Origin: Octopus bimaculoides
Lineage: Eukaryota
Assembly: GCF_001194135.2 (NCBI RefSeq)
Contig: NC_068983.1
Location: 147,796,415 to 147,860,414 of the forward strand
DNA length: 64,000 bases
Direction of reading: 5' to 3'
Shown here: in pieces, positions 1 through 11,974 of the stretch
How the letters are laid out: every line of letters starts with the position of its first letter
How positions within the stretch are numbered: the stretch's first letter is position 1
Made by a program: the position numbers and the translations under genes
Notes under the pieces: model-generated
Seen by the model: the letters and a program-made list of their open reading frames with translations, nothing else
The model's database searches: none
What the model was told of the DNA's origin: nothing

Positions 1-1056
1 GTAGATTGTTCTGTATTCGTGAGTTGATAGTGCAGTGCATGAAATTTTCCAGCATTAAACTGCATGTTGTTTATTTCGACCCACTTGTATACCAGGTTCA
101 AGTCCCGCTGTAATCTTGCCACGTCATCTCGGTCTTGTATTGCCTGTGATAATCTTGTATCATTGGCATAGCTAGTGAAAATGGCTGTCCGAGTGACCGT
201 GGGCATGTCTAAGAGGGCTATGATGAACAGTAATGGCCCCAGAACAGTTCTCTGGGGGATACCACTTAGGATTTGAGTTTTCTGAGAAAGGGTTGGCTGC
301 AACTACCTGACTTCTGTTTTTAAGGAAGTCATGCAACACTCTCCCAGTTTACCAGCGATGCCAAGGTCTTGTAGCTTATGACATACCATGCCATGATCTA
401 CCTTATCAAATTCCTTTGCAAAGTCAAAGCATATCACTCTGACATCTGAATGGTCAAGCAGCTGTTTGAAAATCCAGTCATAGGGCTATAGGAGCTGTTT
501 GAGGCAGTTTCTTCCTGGTCAGAAGCCATGCTGCGTATTGTTCAGTAGGTCATTTTCTTCTAGGAACATCATCAACTTCTTTCTGATGATTCGCTCCGTG
601 ACTTTACTGGCATGTGAAATCGGAGAGACTGGCCTGTAGTTTTGGGCCTTTGCTCTACTTCCACCTTTGTGGACAGGGCATATAATGCCTCCTTTCAGCT
701 TTTTAGGAAGTATACCACTTGCAAGGAAACTTTTGGAAAAGTATCTGAAGTGGTTTCACTAAAGCCTGCTTACATGATTTTAGGAAGTCATCAGGACCAG
801 TGGTAAAGCATGAGCTCATTTCAGCTATGGCCGCTGTTACATCTGTTTCCTCAATTTTTATGTAAACGATGACTAGCACCTCCGTTTTTAGCGCTGCAAT
901 ATCAAAGAATTCAGATGGATTTTTTATCAGCATATGTCCAAGGGGGAAAGTGAAGACACTTTCAAATTGTTCACTGAGTATCTCACTCATCCTTCCGCGG
1001 TCTGCTGTCAGTGAGTCATTCCCTTGGAACAATCGTTCTATTTTATACTGTATTGT
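1..1056 (-). mobile_element. Degenerate non-LTR retrotransposon RT fragment (CR1/L2-like group)
   Basis: Minus-strand translation gives FTSYANDTRL (decayed YADD, about 160-185), DFAKEFDKVDHGMVCHKLQDLGIAGKL and GPDDFLKSCKQALVKPLQILF, with frameshifts and stops. It ends at an N-gap. Confidence 0.85.
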
Positions 1057-1330
1057 NNNNNNNNNNNNNNNNNNNNNNNNNNNNNNNNNNNNNNNNNNNN
1101 NNNNNNNNNNNNNNNNNNNNNNNNNNNNNNNNNNNNNNNNNNNNNNNNNNNNNNNNNNNNNNNNNNNNNNNNNNNNNNNNNNNNNNNNNNNNNNNNNNNN
1201 NNNNNNNNNNNNNNNNNNNNNNNNNNNNNNNNNNNNNNNNNNNNNNNNNNNNNNNNNNNNNNNNNNNNNNNNNNNNNNNNNNNNNNNNNNNNNNNNNNNN
1301 NNNNNNNNNNNNNNNNNNNNNNNNNNNNNN

Positions 1331-1362
<32 letters not shown>

Positions 1363-1435
1363 CATACATGCATATACATATGCATATATACATACATACA
1401 CACACACACATATTTTTATTTTATTTTATGCGCCC

Positions 1436-1756
1436 TTTTTAAAGCCTAGCCAGGCTTATGAGCCCGGTTTCCCGGTTTCTATGGCGTATGTGTGTCCCCC
1501 TCCCCACCACCACCACCACCACCAGCTGGACGGGACGCCAGTCCATCGCAGCTTTACTCAAGAAACAGGAATAAAGAGTGAGAGAAAGTTGGGGCGAAAG
1601 AGAACAACAGGGGCTGCCACCATCCCCTGCTGGAGCCTCGTGGAGCTTTAAGTGTTTCCGCTTAATAAGCACACACAACGCCCGGTCTGAGAATCGAAGC
1701 TGCGATCCTCCGACCGCGAGTCCGCTGCCCTAACCACTGGGCCATTGCACCTCCAC
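1436..1756 (-). mobile_element. tRNA-derived SINE, family A head with V-domain-like body
   Basis: Minus strand starts GTGGAGGTGCAATGGCCCAGTGG (A box) and has a decayed B box GCTTCGATTC. About 190 nt are shared with 39309-39502. Confidence 0.8.
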
Positions 1757-2704
1757 TGTGCTAGCTATAATTTCTATAAAAAAACATATATATATATATA
1801 TGAGTTAATTTAGAGGTTATAACAGCTTTCTAAGGGATACTTGTATCTAGTGAATTAACTGGCTTCTTACCTGTACGTGATTATGAGTGTTAGTATTAAT
1901 ACTTATAAATGATAGGTAAGGAAAAGAATAAACCGAAGTTTATCTATATTTAAGGAAAAAAGAAAATGGAGATAAAATTGATAATTGATAAACATCAATT
2001 ATTATCTATTGATTATAAAAAGATAATATCTCATCTGACGGCTGTTTCTGTTGGCGCTATTCAAGGTATTATCAGGCTTAATTACTACAATAATAATTAT
2101 TATTACCGTTGTAAATAATTAATTATACCAACTTAAATAGTGGAACTTCATCAGAGCGGAAAGTTAAAGAAAAAGAAAGGAAAAAGAAAGAGAAAGAAAG
2201 AAAGTAAAGATATATCAATTCCTGTTACATACCATACCTCTGGAAATCTTTCGATCGACTAAAAAAATTAGTAATAGAATTAGAATAGTTATAATATTTA
2301 GCGGTACATTCCTATATACGGGAGGAAGGCTACTGCCGGCGTGGGTTTAAAATATAATAACTATAGGAGTATTTGGGTTAGATCATAAAATAAAAGCTAA
2401 AAAGTAAGAAATGAAATTGAAAATACTGTTGGTTACACAACGAAAAATAATTACAGTTAACTCTAATTTAGTTATTAGTGATGTCTTTCGTATTTTACTT
2501 AGTATTAGAATTTATAGGAGCAACAGTCTTTGAAGGTTCATATTGTCGTTGAATGTTCGAAATGGGGAGTAGATAGACAGCTGAGAACTGATGAATGGAC
2601 CTTTCCCTGTTTTCCATTTTTTCTCGTTGTTTATGTATTTAACTCGTTTGTTTACGTATTTCATGTTGTTTGAACCATTGGTGACGTCCTGTACCCATAT
2701 ATGC

Positions 2705-2753
<49 letters not shown>

Positions 2754-5435
2754 TATTTACTATTTCTTATTTAATTGAACGCCATGCATCCATTTCCAAG
2801 TTCATATATATACATATATATATATATATGTGGATATATATATATACATGCATATATGCATGCATATATGCATGTATGTATGCATATATACATATATATA
2901 TACATGTGTATCTATATATGCATTTATATTTATACATATATATATGCATATATACATATATATATATAGACATATGCACATACATAGATACACGCACATA
3001 TGTGTGTGTGTGTGCATGTGTGCGCGCGCGTGTGTGTATGCATACGCATCAGTGAGATTTGGAAAACATACGATGAGTGGGTACCCCCTGCTGAGGAATT
3101 CTAAATACGCTGAAAGCGCGTATTCTAGGAGTTTCACTCCCGGTGCTAGTGAATTCCAAATCTGCTACCGAGATTTTTTAAATCTTCTTTTGTACAAAAC
3201 GTTTACACGAGGGAGTTTTTCAGGATGAACACCTCAATATTAGGCGTTATAACCATACATCTACGTTAATTAGGATATAAAGATTGCCACCAGTACATGA
3301 AACGTACACCACCCCACAAAATGTACGCACTAGGTTACTTATACACACACACACACACACACAGGCCCATATAATTTTAAGCTCACCCCAACATACATTC
3401 ATACGCGTTTTTCCCCATCCACACATACGCACTCACACACACCGTTCTCATATACACACATGCACTTGCGCACCCTAGTTCAAACGGGTAACTGTTATTA
3501 TCTACCTTTCACCCAGGCTCCTTCTTCCGGCCATGCTGACCGTTACTCCCTACACATTTTTTTTCTCTCTAGGTTTCTTTTTCGTTCACTCTCAATTTCT
3601 TTTATTAATTTTATAAATTTGTCGCACTATGTAGAGCGGTATGTGTTGCCCGTTGATTGAAATTGTATGGCTGCACCCACTTAGAGTTAATATATAATTT
3701 AACTATAATTTTTAAGTTATTAGATTTTACTGATAGGAATATCTATTTTGAGGGTAATATAATATAAGCACAGCCTGTTGATTGAAAAAGTATTTTTTTG
3801 CACCCACTTGAAGTTAATATACCTTCGTTTATAATTTTAATGATTAGATTTAATTAGTATTTCATTCTCATCTTAGGGTATTTGGTATTGATTTCTAAGT
3901 ATGTTTAGTAAATTGCTTAATTTAAGGTAACTTTTCTCGTAGTACTAAACTGCCTGAGGACTCAGCATTAACTGTACCCATATAGTGCGAATATACTCTT
4001 TTAAATTAACTTTATATAACTTTTATATAACTTTAATGACTATTTAATACTAATTAAGCATATTTAGTATACTGTGGAAACTAGGGAGTCTCATTATTTG
4101 ATAATATTCAACGTGTGATTTGGCTTAAATATTAACCGCCTAATTGTAAGTGCCATTTTATTTGTGCATTGATGGATCTTTCTTGTGTGTAATATAGATC
4201 TTTCTTGTGTACCTATAAAACATTCAATTATTACCACAATTTGCTATATATGAGGTTAAGCCCAATTTTCTTTTCCGAGTAGCCTTAATTGAATCACTGA
4301 ATTACCAGTACTGGTTGCCTCCCCTTAACCATAACCTGAGGATTCTTTCTTCTCTTCACTCTTAGCTCATGCATGTTATAACGTTAAGATGCTGAAGGAC
4401 ATAAGCAGCCCCACACCCCCTATATCACTGACTTCTCCCCCGGAACTTTTTTTTTTCTTGTTTATTTTATAGACAAATCCGTTGTAACGGTTTTAACTTG
4501 TGACTTCGGTTCAAATTGTAACTGACCAATTGTAGAGACCGCTGGACTTATACATGCCTCATTGTGAACCATAGGTGTAATCATTTCTGTGAGTAAACTT
4601 TCTTAAGCACTCCACAGCGATTGTTTACATTTAATTGAGTTTACTTAGTTAGCATAGGTACCACCCTTTGATAATCATGTTTGTATTTTCCTTATAGACA
4701 TTTTCTTGATATCTTTTTTTTTTTAAACATCCTGACCCCACCTTTAAACTGCATCCATCCGTTAATAAATAGTAGTATTCCCTAGACCACTACTAACTCA
4801 CTCTTTTACTTACGGACCTCGTATCGCCAAGATGGTAAATTATATGCTTTTAACATAGGCCGAGTTTTCTTCCCTTTTATTCCCTCCCTTTGTTTTTCTT
4901 GTACATCTTGCATTTTACTCTGATGAAGCTCCGTGCTTTAACTCGAATGCCCTATGAAGATGGAGAACTTCATTCTTGCATTTATTTATACACACCATTT
5001 TGGCAACTAGTCGGAAAGGGCCGTAAGATATGTTACGTTGCCTATTTCTTATGTAATGCTTTGTATTAAAAAAATAAGCTATAAATGTGGTCTAACCGAT
5101 GTGTTTGTTAATCTGAGTTTTTCTCCATTTTGTGATTATTTGCACTGGTTCCTCATAACGTCTTGTTTATCCCGTTGTGCCTGCACACCAATGCCCGGAG
5201 ATGATACAGGTAACGGATACCGATAGTATATACGGATATTTTATCCCTTAGTCAGCTATTATAATCGCTAACTCTGTTTACACTGTATATATATANNNNN
5301 NNNNNNNNNNNNNNNNNNNNNNNNNNNNNNNNNNNNNNNNNNNNNNNNNNNNNNNNNNNNNNNNNNNNNNNNNNNNNNNNNNNNNNNNNNNNNNNNNNNN
5401 NNNNNNNNNNNNNNNNNNNNNNNNNNNNNNNNNNN

Positions 5436-5471
<36 letters not shown>

Positions 5472-5481
<10 letters not shown>

Positions 5482-6245
5482 GCTCCCTGGAGATTCCTCT
5501 GTGTTTCCCTACTGCCTGACTTGTATGTCTTGAGAAGTCATGTAACCACTCTCTTAGTTTACCAGATATGCCAAGATCTCGCAGCTTGCGACGTATCATG
5601 AACCATGAACCATCATATCAAAGGTCTTTGCAAAGTCAATATATACCATATCAGCATTCGAATAATCGAGCAACTGCTTCAAATCCCAGTCATAGTTCCG
5701 TAAGAGCTGTGTGAGTCTGCTTCTATCCGAACGGAAACCAAATCATTTTCTTCGAGGAACGCTATCAGTTTCATTCGGACATTTCGTTCCATGACTTTGC
5801 TGATGTATGAAGTCAGAGAGATAGCCTGTTGTTTTTAGCCTCGGCTCTGCTCCCGCCTTTATGGACAGGACATATGATGTCTCCTTTTAGCTTCTTCGGA
5901 AGTTTACCACCCGACAGGAAACTGTGGAAAAGTATCTGAAATGGTTTCGTTAAAGCATGCTGACATGATTTCAGAAGAACAGCTGGGAAGCCTTCAGAAC
6001 CAGCTACTGGGTTTATGTTCATTTCATCTACAGCTGCCGTTATGCCTGCCATCTCAATGTCGATGGTTCCTGCCTTCCTCTGCCAAGGTTCTCAACCGAG
6101 TATATACTTGCATGTATCCTAGTGAGTAAGTGAAGACAGTGTTGAGTTTTTCACTGAGCATTTCACATACCCTTTTGAAGTTCCTGGTCAGTGAACCATT
6201 GCTTTGGGACAATGATCCTATTTTTTACTGTATTATTGTAGTTTT
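5472..6245 (-). mobile_element. Degenerate CR1/L2-like RT fragment, same family as 1-1056
   Basis: GSEGFPAVLLKSCQHALTKPFQILF...ICPVHKGGSRAEAKNNR and DFAKTFDMMVHG...RRKLRDLGISGKLREW are colinear with the copy at 1-1056. Confidence 0.85.
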
Positions 6246-6299
6246 CTTTGAAAATATATAGGAAGATTTTGGGTTTGTCTTTATGCTTTTCACAGCTCT

Positions 6300-6418
<119 letters not shown>

Positions 6419-7559
6419 TGCTCTTTTTATAGGAGAATTTGATTCTGCCTCCAGTTTACTGGAGTGTCCGTCTTATGTCAGACTTTTTACCTTCTTTCAG
6501 TTGCCTACTCAATCGGTTTTAGGTTTTTGTTCTACGTCTCGTAAAAATTTTCCTGTCTCTGTGGATTTTATTTTTAGGTATGCTGACCTTTTATTTAGGA
6601 CATATTTAGTGCATAAAGTTTGCACTTTCAACATAAACTGATTAAGTTTTAAACGCTGTCTTGCATAGACAAATTGTCGGGCCAGTTTTGTTTGCGGATA
6701 TTTTTGCACATTGAACTCCAATTTACTTTATAGAAATTCAAGTTGGATATGCTTGCCTTGTGCCAAACTTTAAAACTAATATTAACCAAACATTAATTCT
6801 TTACATTTCATAGGAAATGTTATTAAGGGGAAGGAACTTACATCTTATAAATTTTGGTTATTTCCCTTGGTTGCGATTTTATTATATTTATTGCAAAATT
6901 AGTTTAATGTTAGCTACTTTATAATTTTTAAATAATTTTCAAGTACTAATATTTATATATTATATATTTATATATTATATATTTATATATTATATATCCA
7001 TTTATATCTTTTTAAAATGTTTGGTTTTGTGTCTATGTTAGAAATTACTAATTCAACAATATATAATTCATCCATTTACTGCGTATCTCAATTAAGCTAC
7101 AATGCACTATTGACTGCGATAAATAATTTTAGGTAATCGCGTTGAAGAAACCCTGTAACCTGACAATTCCATAATGCCAAATGTATATCTCATTGCAAAG
7201 CGAATGAGAAATATGTATTGGAATTTTACTTTGCCACAAAATTTTCAGGAACACGAGAGGTATACATGTGTATATATTTATAACGATATGCAACTTTACT
7301 ATTATAGAGTTATCAAATAACAATAGAAATACAACATAGGTAAACGGTAAAACAACATAAGCTACGAGCACATTATTGAGAGAAAGTTAAGTTACAGTTG
7401 TTTCAAATTAATAGAGTAATGTTGTTACTTCAGTTACTCAGTAAATAACGAATTGCCGCATTGCAGTCACTTTACTGAAAAGGACTTTTTTTTTATGAAT
7501 CCCTGCGTGACTTTTAAGACATCGCCTTTCCTGTTAAGGGTTGGACATGAAATTTCTTT

Positions 7560-7960
7560 TAGGTGGTGAGTTATCATACTTCCATTGCTTCGACTGGACT
7601 TTAGTCTTAGGATCATAGTGATGGACCCATGTTTCCTCCTGTGTGATAAGTCCGCCGGAAAAATCTTCTTCGCTTTCTTGGCTCATTGTCAAAAGAGCTT
7701 AGGGGCAATTGACTCATTCCTGCTTCTGAAAAAGGTGTGAGCATCCGGGGAATCCCTCGTGCAGGCAACTTCCGCGTGTGCAGATGGTCGTGAATGATTT
7801 TTTCCACGGACCCTACACCTATCTTTACTTTTTGGGTGAGTTGCTGAATAGTTATGCGGCGATCCTCCAAAATGGCGGCTTACACTTTATGGATGGTGTC
7901 GTCATCAATGTCGGAAGGTGGTCGTCCAGAAATAGGAGCAGTTTCTATCGCTGTCTCGTC
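7560..7960 (-). mobile_element. Mariner (Tc1/mariner) transposase fragment, pseudogenised
   Basis: ETAPISGRPPSDIDDDTIHKV*AAILEDRRITIQQL...RKLPARGIPRMLT (decayed WVPRLL-type motif), followed by a frameshifted region resembling GDETWVHHYDP. Confidence 0.85.
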
Positions 7961-8375
7961 CGAAGATATTGATGAAATGCGTCTTCCTATATTGCTAACT
8001 ATATTCTTAATAATTACAGATGGGTGACTGGACCTTTGTTGATATAGCGTAGCTCTTTGTTAGGCTTATGGTAGGGTTTAAATTTATCAAATTGTAAATC
8101 TAGGCTAATGTCTAAGAAATTTACGCTAGTTAGGTTCGTATCTAGTGTGATTTGTAAGCCCATTCTTCGGAAGAAAGTGATTAGATTCTTTCCGAATCCA
8201 CTGAGTTCATGTCCGTTCATATTACGCGTGACTATAAGGCAGTCATCCCTATATAATTCTGCATCTATCAAAAGAAATTCTTGATGCAAATTGTGCAGAA
8301 TGTAAGTTCCTATTAGCATGCGTAGTTCTGTTCTGTTACACTGACATGAATATTTTGTTATAGCATACAACATTT
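7960..8375 (-). mobile_element. Penelope-like element RT fragment (palm to thumb)
   Basis: LIGTYIL...ELYRDDCLIV...VNFLDISLDL...FKPYHKPNKELRYINK, then after a frameshift SSHPSVIIKNIVSNIGRRISSISS. The YRDD, NFLD, KPN and SxHP motifs are typical of PLE RTs. Confidence 0.85.
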
Positions 8376-8571
8376 GTGAATTTAGTGATTATCGCTTTAA
8401 TAATTTTTCTATATACCTCTCTCTGTCTCTCTCTGTCTCTCTCCCTCTCTCTCTCCCCCTCTCCCCCCTCTCTCTCTCTCTCTGTGTTATATATATATAA
8501 ACAATTTAAGCAAAGCCAACAGGTTGAAACGGTATCCATTCTTCCCACCCCTCTTAAACGCTGTCGTCCAG

Positions 8572-8770
8572 CATCGTAGCAGAATCGTTAGGACGCCAGG
8601 TAGAATATTTTAGTGGCATTTCGTCCGCTTTACGTTCTGAGTTCAAATACTGTTGCCTTTCATCGTTTCGGGATCGATAAAATAAGTACCAGTTGAGCTC
8701 TGAGAACGATGAAATCGACTTACTCTTTCTGCCAAAATTGCTGGCCTTGTGCCAAAATTTAAAACCAATA
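8572..8770 (+). mobile_element. tRNA-derived SINE, family C
   Basis: GCAGAATCGTTAG...GAGTTCAAAT...GCCTTTCATC...GATAAAATAAGTACCAGTTGAG, similar to more than 10 copies in this window. Confidence 0.8.
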
Positions 8771-9688
8771 TTATCACTTCATTCACCACTTCGAATACAT
8801 CGCGATACTTTTTAACTAAATTACAATAGCAAGATTGATACGAGATTTACTAAGGTACATAACATGTCATCAGCAGTTCTTTGCCTTTGAGAAATTTGTT
8901 GAATTTATATTGTTGCAAATATTATCACTAAATCGTATGGCTACGCCTAACTTCAGAACATCCTCCTTAGTTTCCCATCAAGGGTCTACCATTAGATTCC
9001 ATTACTTAGATCGGAATGTTCAAGTCCGCCCGCGCAATTTCAGCGTGTGCCATCAGCATTCTCTTCAATCCTATTCTGGAGTACACAAGGTTCAGTAATG
9101 TCCCCACACTCTACTTTATCTACATAAATAACTTACTGTTTTCTTTAAGAACACGCAAATACGTATACCATCCTTCGCTCTTTTTTAACCGTCCACAAAC
9201 AAATACTATCCACGCAGGACCTGAAAGCAAGTAATGCAATGCTTCTATAAGCAATGACCTTGACAACATTTGTCGATGGGTATATAAAACATTCTCTTTC
9301 AATAGCACAATGACACAATCATTGCATATTATATAAAAAAAAAAGTATCATATTCTTTCTATTAATAAGCAACGCATAATTGAAATATTCAAAGTCATAA
9401 CGACTTATATAAATCTCATAATCTCCGATGATTTGTTTCGAAAAACCCACAGATATAACATTACCGAAACCGTATCACAAATAACGACCAGAATTTCTTT
9501 TTCGACAACTGCAGACAACGGCTCACATTGTAGAAATAGTGTAACTGACAAACATATAGTTATTACTGAATGTATACAAAAGAAGACCAAAGTGTTATAG
9601 CCACTTATCACAAAGCGTTGTTTCTTATTTTCAGCTGTTTCTTTGAAGTAACAAAACTACGCGCGCGCGTACGCACACACACACTCAC

Positions 9689-9729
<41 letters not shown>

Positions 9730-10321
9730 AGCGAACACAGACATGTATGTGTGTATGTACGTTTATATTTGAGTAACTGAAGGCAAATGAACGATATCTT
9801 GATTAATATTGATGTCAAAATATAGGCATACATCGTCTTGTTATTGATTTTTACATAAATATTCACTTATGTGATGCAAACACAATTAGAGAGGAAAATG
9901 TTTGACTCCGATGCTCATAAATAGAATACATGAACTTCCCGAGTTAAAAACAAAAAAAAAAAACAACAGAAAATGAATAATAAATCTCATACTATGACTA
10001 AACGTATATCAAAAATAGGAATAAGTTGCTTCCCTTAGATCATACTTACAATAGTTATCTCCCTTTTCAATTTGTTTGTAACTTGTAAAGATTGATTACA
10101 TCATCGTCAAATAAAGCTTAACAGATTAAATATCCGATTGTTGTTGTTCTTGTTGTTGTCCTGCTGCTACTCAATTTTATGAATATAAATCGTTCTTTAT
10201 TATATCCTACTAAATGTAAATATCCTTTAATCAATCATATACGGTGAAACAAATTAATGATTTAATGAAATATAGGATTCAATGAAACATGAAGGGATAA
10301 GAATTTATCTCACAGAGTACT

Positions 10322-10718
10322 CTTTTACTTGTTTCAGTCTTTTAACTGCGGCCATGCTGGAGCACCGCCTTTAGTCGAGCAAATCGACCCCAGGACTTAT
10401 TCTTTAGAAGCCTAGTACTTATTCTATCGGTCTCTTTTGCCGAACCGCAAAGTTACGGGGACATAAACACACCAGCATCGGTTGTCAAGCGATGTTGGGG
10501 GGACAAACACAGACACACAAACACATACATACATACATATATATATATATATACGACGGGCTTCTTTCAGTTTCCGTCTACCAAATCCACTCACAAGGCT
10601 TTGGTCGGCCCGAGGCTATAGTAGAAGACACTTGCCCAAGATGCCACGCAGTGGGACTGAACCCGGGACCATGTGGTTGGTAAGCAAGCTACTTACCACA
10701 CACCCACTCCTACGCCTA
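10322..10718 (-). mobile_element. tRNA-derived SINE, family B, near full length
   Basis: Minus strand has GGAGTGGGTGTGTGG (A box), GGTTCAGTCCC (B box), a CTTGGGCAAGTGTCTT core-like motif and an internal (TA)/(GT) microsatellite. Related copies lie at 26700-27050 and 29690-29885. Confidence 0.85.
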
Positions 10719-11974
10719 TAATATTTTTTTTAAACACTTAATTAACAGGGCTCGTACATGAATTAGGAAACTCTACGTCCATATAAAATGCCACTACAGA
10801 TAGACTAAGTGAGCATACTTACTTAATGGGACAGTAATCTACGCTAGAGAACGAACAGTTTATGACGCATTATAATGGACAAATCAGTTATGACTTTTCT
10901 GAAAGTTCAGGTGCCTGATTTTCTTTGATTAGCTCATTTTGTTTTTGTCTCTTTTAGTTCCCCTACAAATTGTGAAAAGTTCATAGCCAAAATTTGGGAA
11001 CAAAGTTTTATAAAGGTACAAATAACACACAAACTGATATTCGCTTCATTGTGAAGTTGTTAGCAACAGTAATTAAATGCTATAAGCTATTTCGTCCGAC
11101 GCGCTACCGATTCGTCTGAGAGCTGCTATAGTTTCGAGTTTATGTTCCCGTCGAGTCAAGTATAGGATTCCACCTTCGATTCTTGATTTATCAACAACGA
11201 GAATTTTAATGGATTTAATATAGGTTTATCGTTGATAAAAGCATGAACATCACATAATCTTATGTTCTCTTCTGTATAAACGGTACATTATTATGTCTAA
11301 AAGTTGTATCTATAAACTCAAAATGAGGTTTAACCTCAGCTCAATAAATACATTTAAAAATAAGACAAACTCCGAAACAACCAAGATCAAGATTTAGTTT
11401 CGATTCCCAAATTTTCAAAAACACGATTTTTATAATATTTTATGTATGCAGCGAACTGGCACATATGTTACTATGTAGGACAATGCCTTGCGGTATTTGT
11501 TCTGGATAAATATTCTCTGTGTTCCAATGTCCCCAAGTTTGACTTTGCCGTTCATCCTTTCAGGGACGATAAAATAAGGTATCAGTCTCAGGCGATGGAA
11601 TTCTTAGTACCGGATGAGACACCCTGTGGTATTCGTTCCGTTTTTTTGAGTACTGAGTTCCAACAGGTTGACTTAATCCGTCACTCGGTTTGATACTACC
11701 ATCTGGTCCATGGGTATCTTTAACAGGGTTCAGTCCTCCCGTCCGTCTTGGAAGTTGCTTAAAAATAAGGGATCATGGCTGCTGTCTTCCTTCTCTGCAA
11801 GTCTGCGCCGTGTATTCTTTGAAGGTTGGTGTTTATTGCTATTGCTTGTGTGTTATTTACTGTTGTATTTTTGTAATTGAACTGTTGTTAAATTGTTTGT
11901 ATTGTTTTGATGAAAATAATCTTGTTATCTGCCGAAGGCAGACTTGTGTTTCTTTGTTTTCCCCCTTGTGGGGG

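Noticed and set aside
2400-2700. Possible second, very decayed GIY-YIG fragment (YMG..., SSQLSIY..., ILILSKIRKTSLITKLE) upstream of a broken hammerhead at about 2035-2080
   Set aside because: Similarity is too weak and needs several frameshifts; cannot be supported without a profile search.
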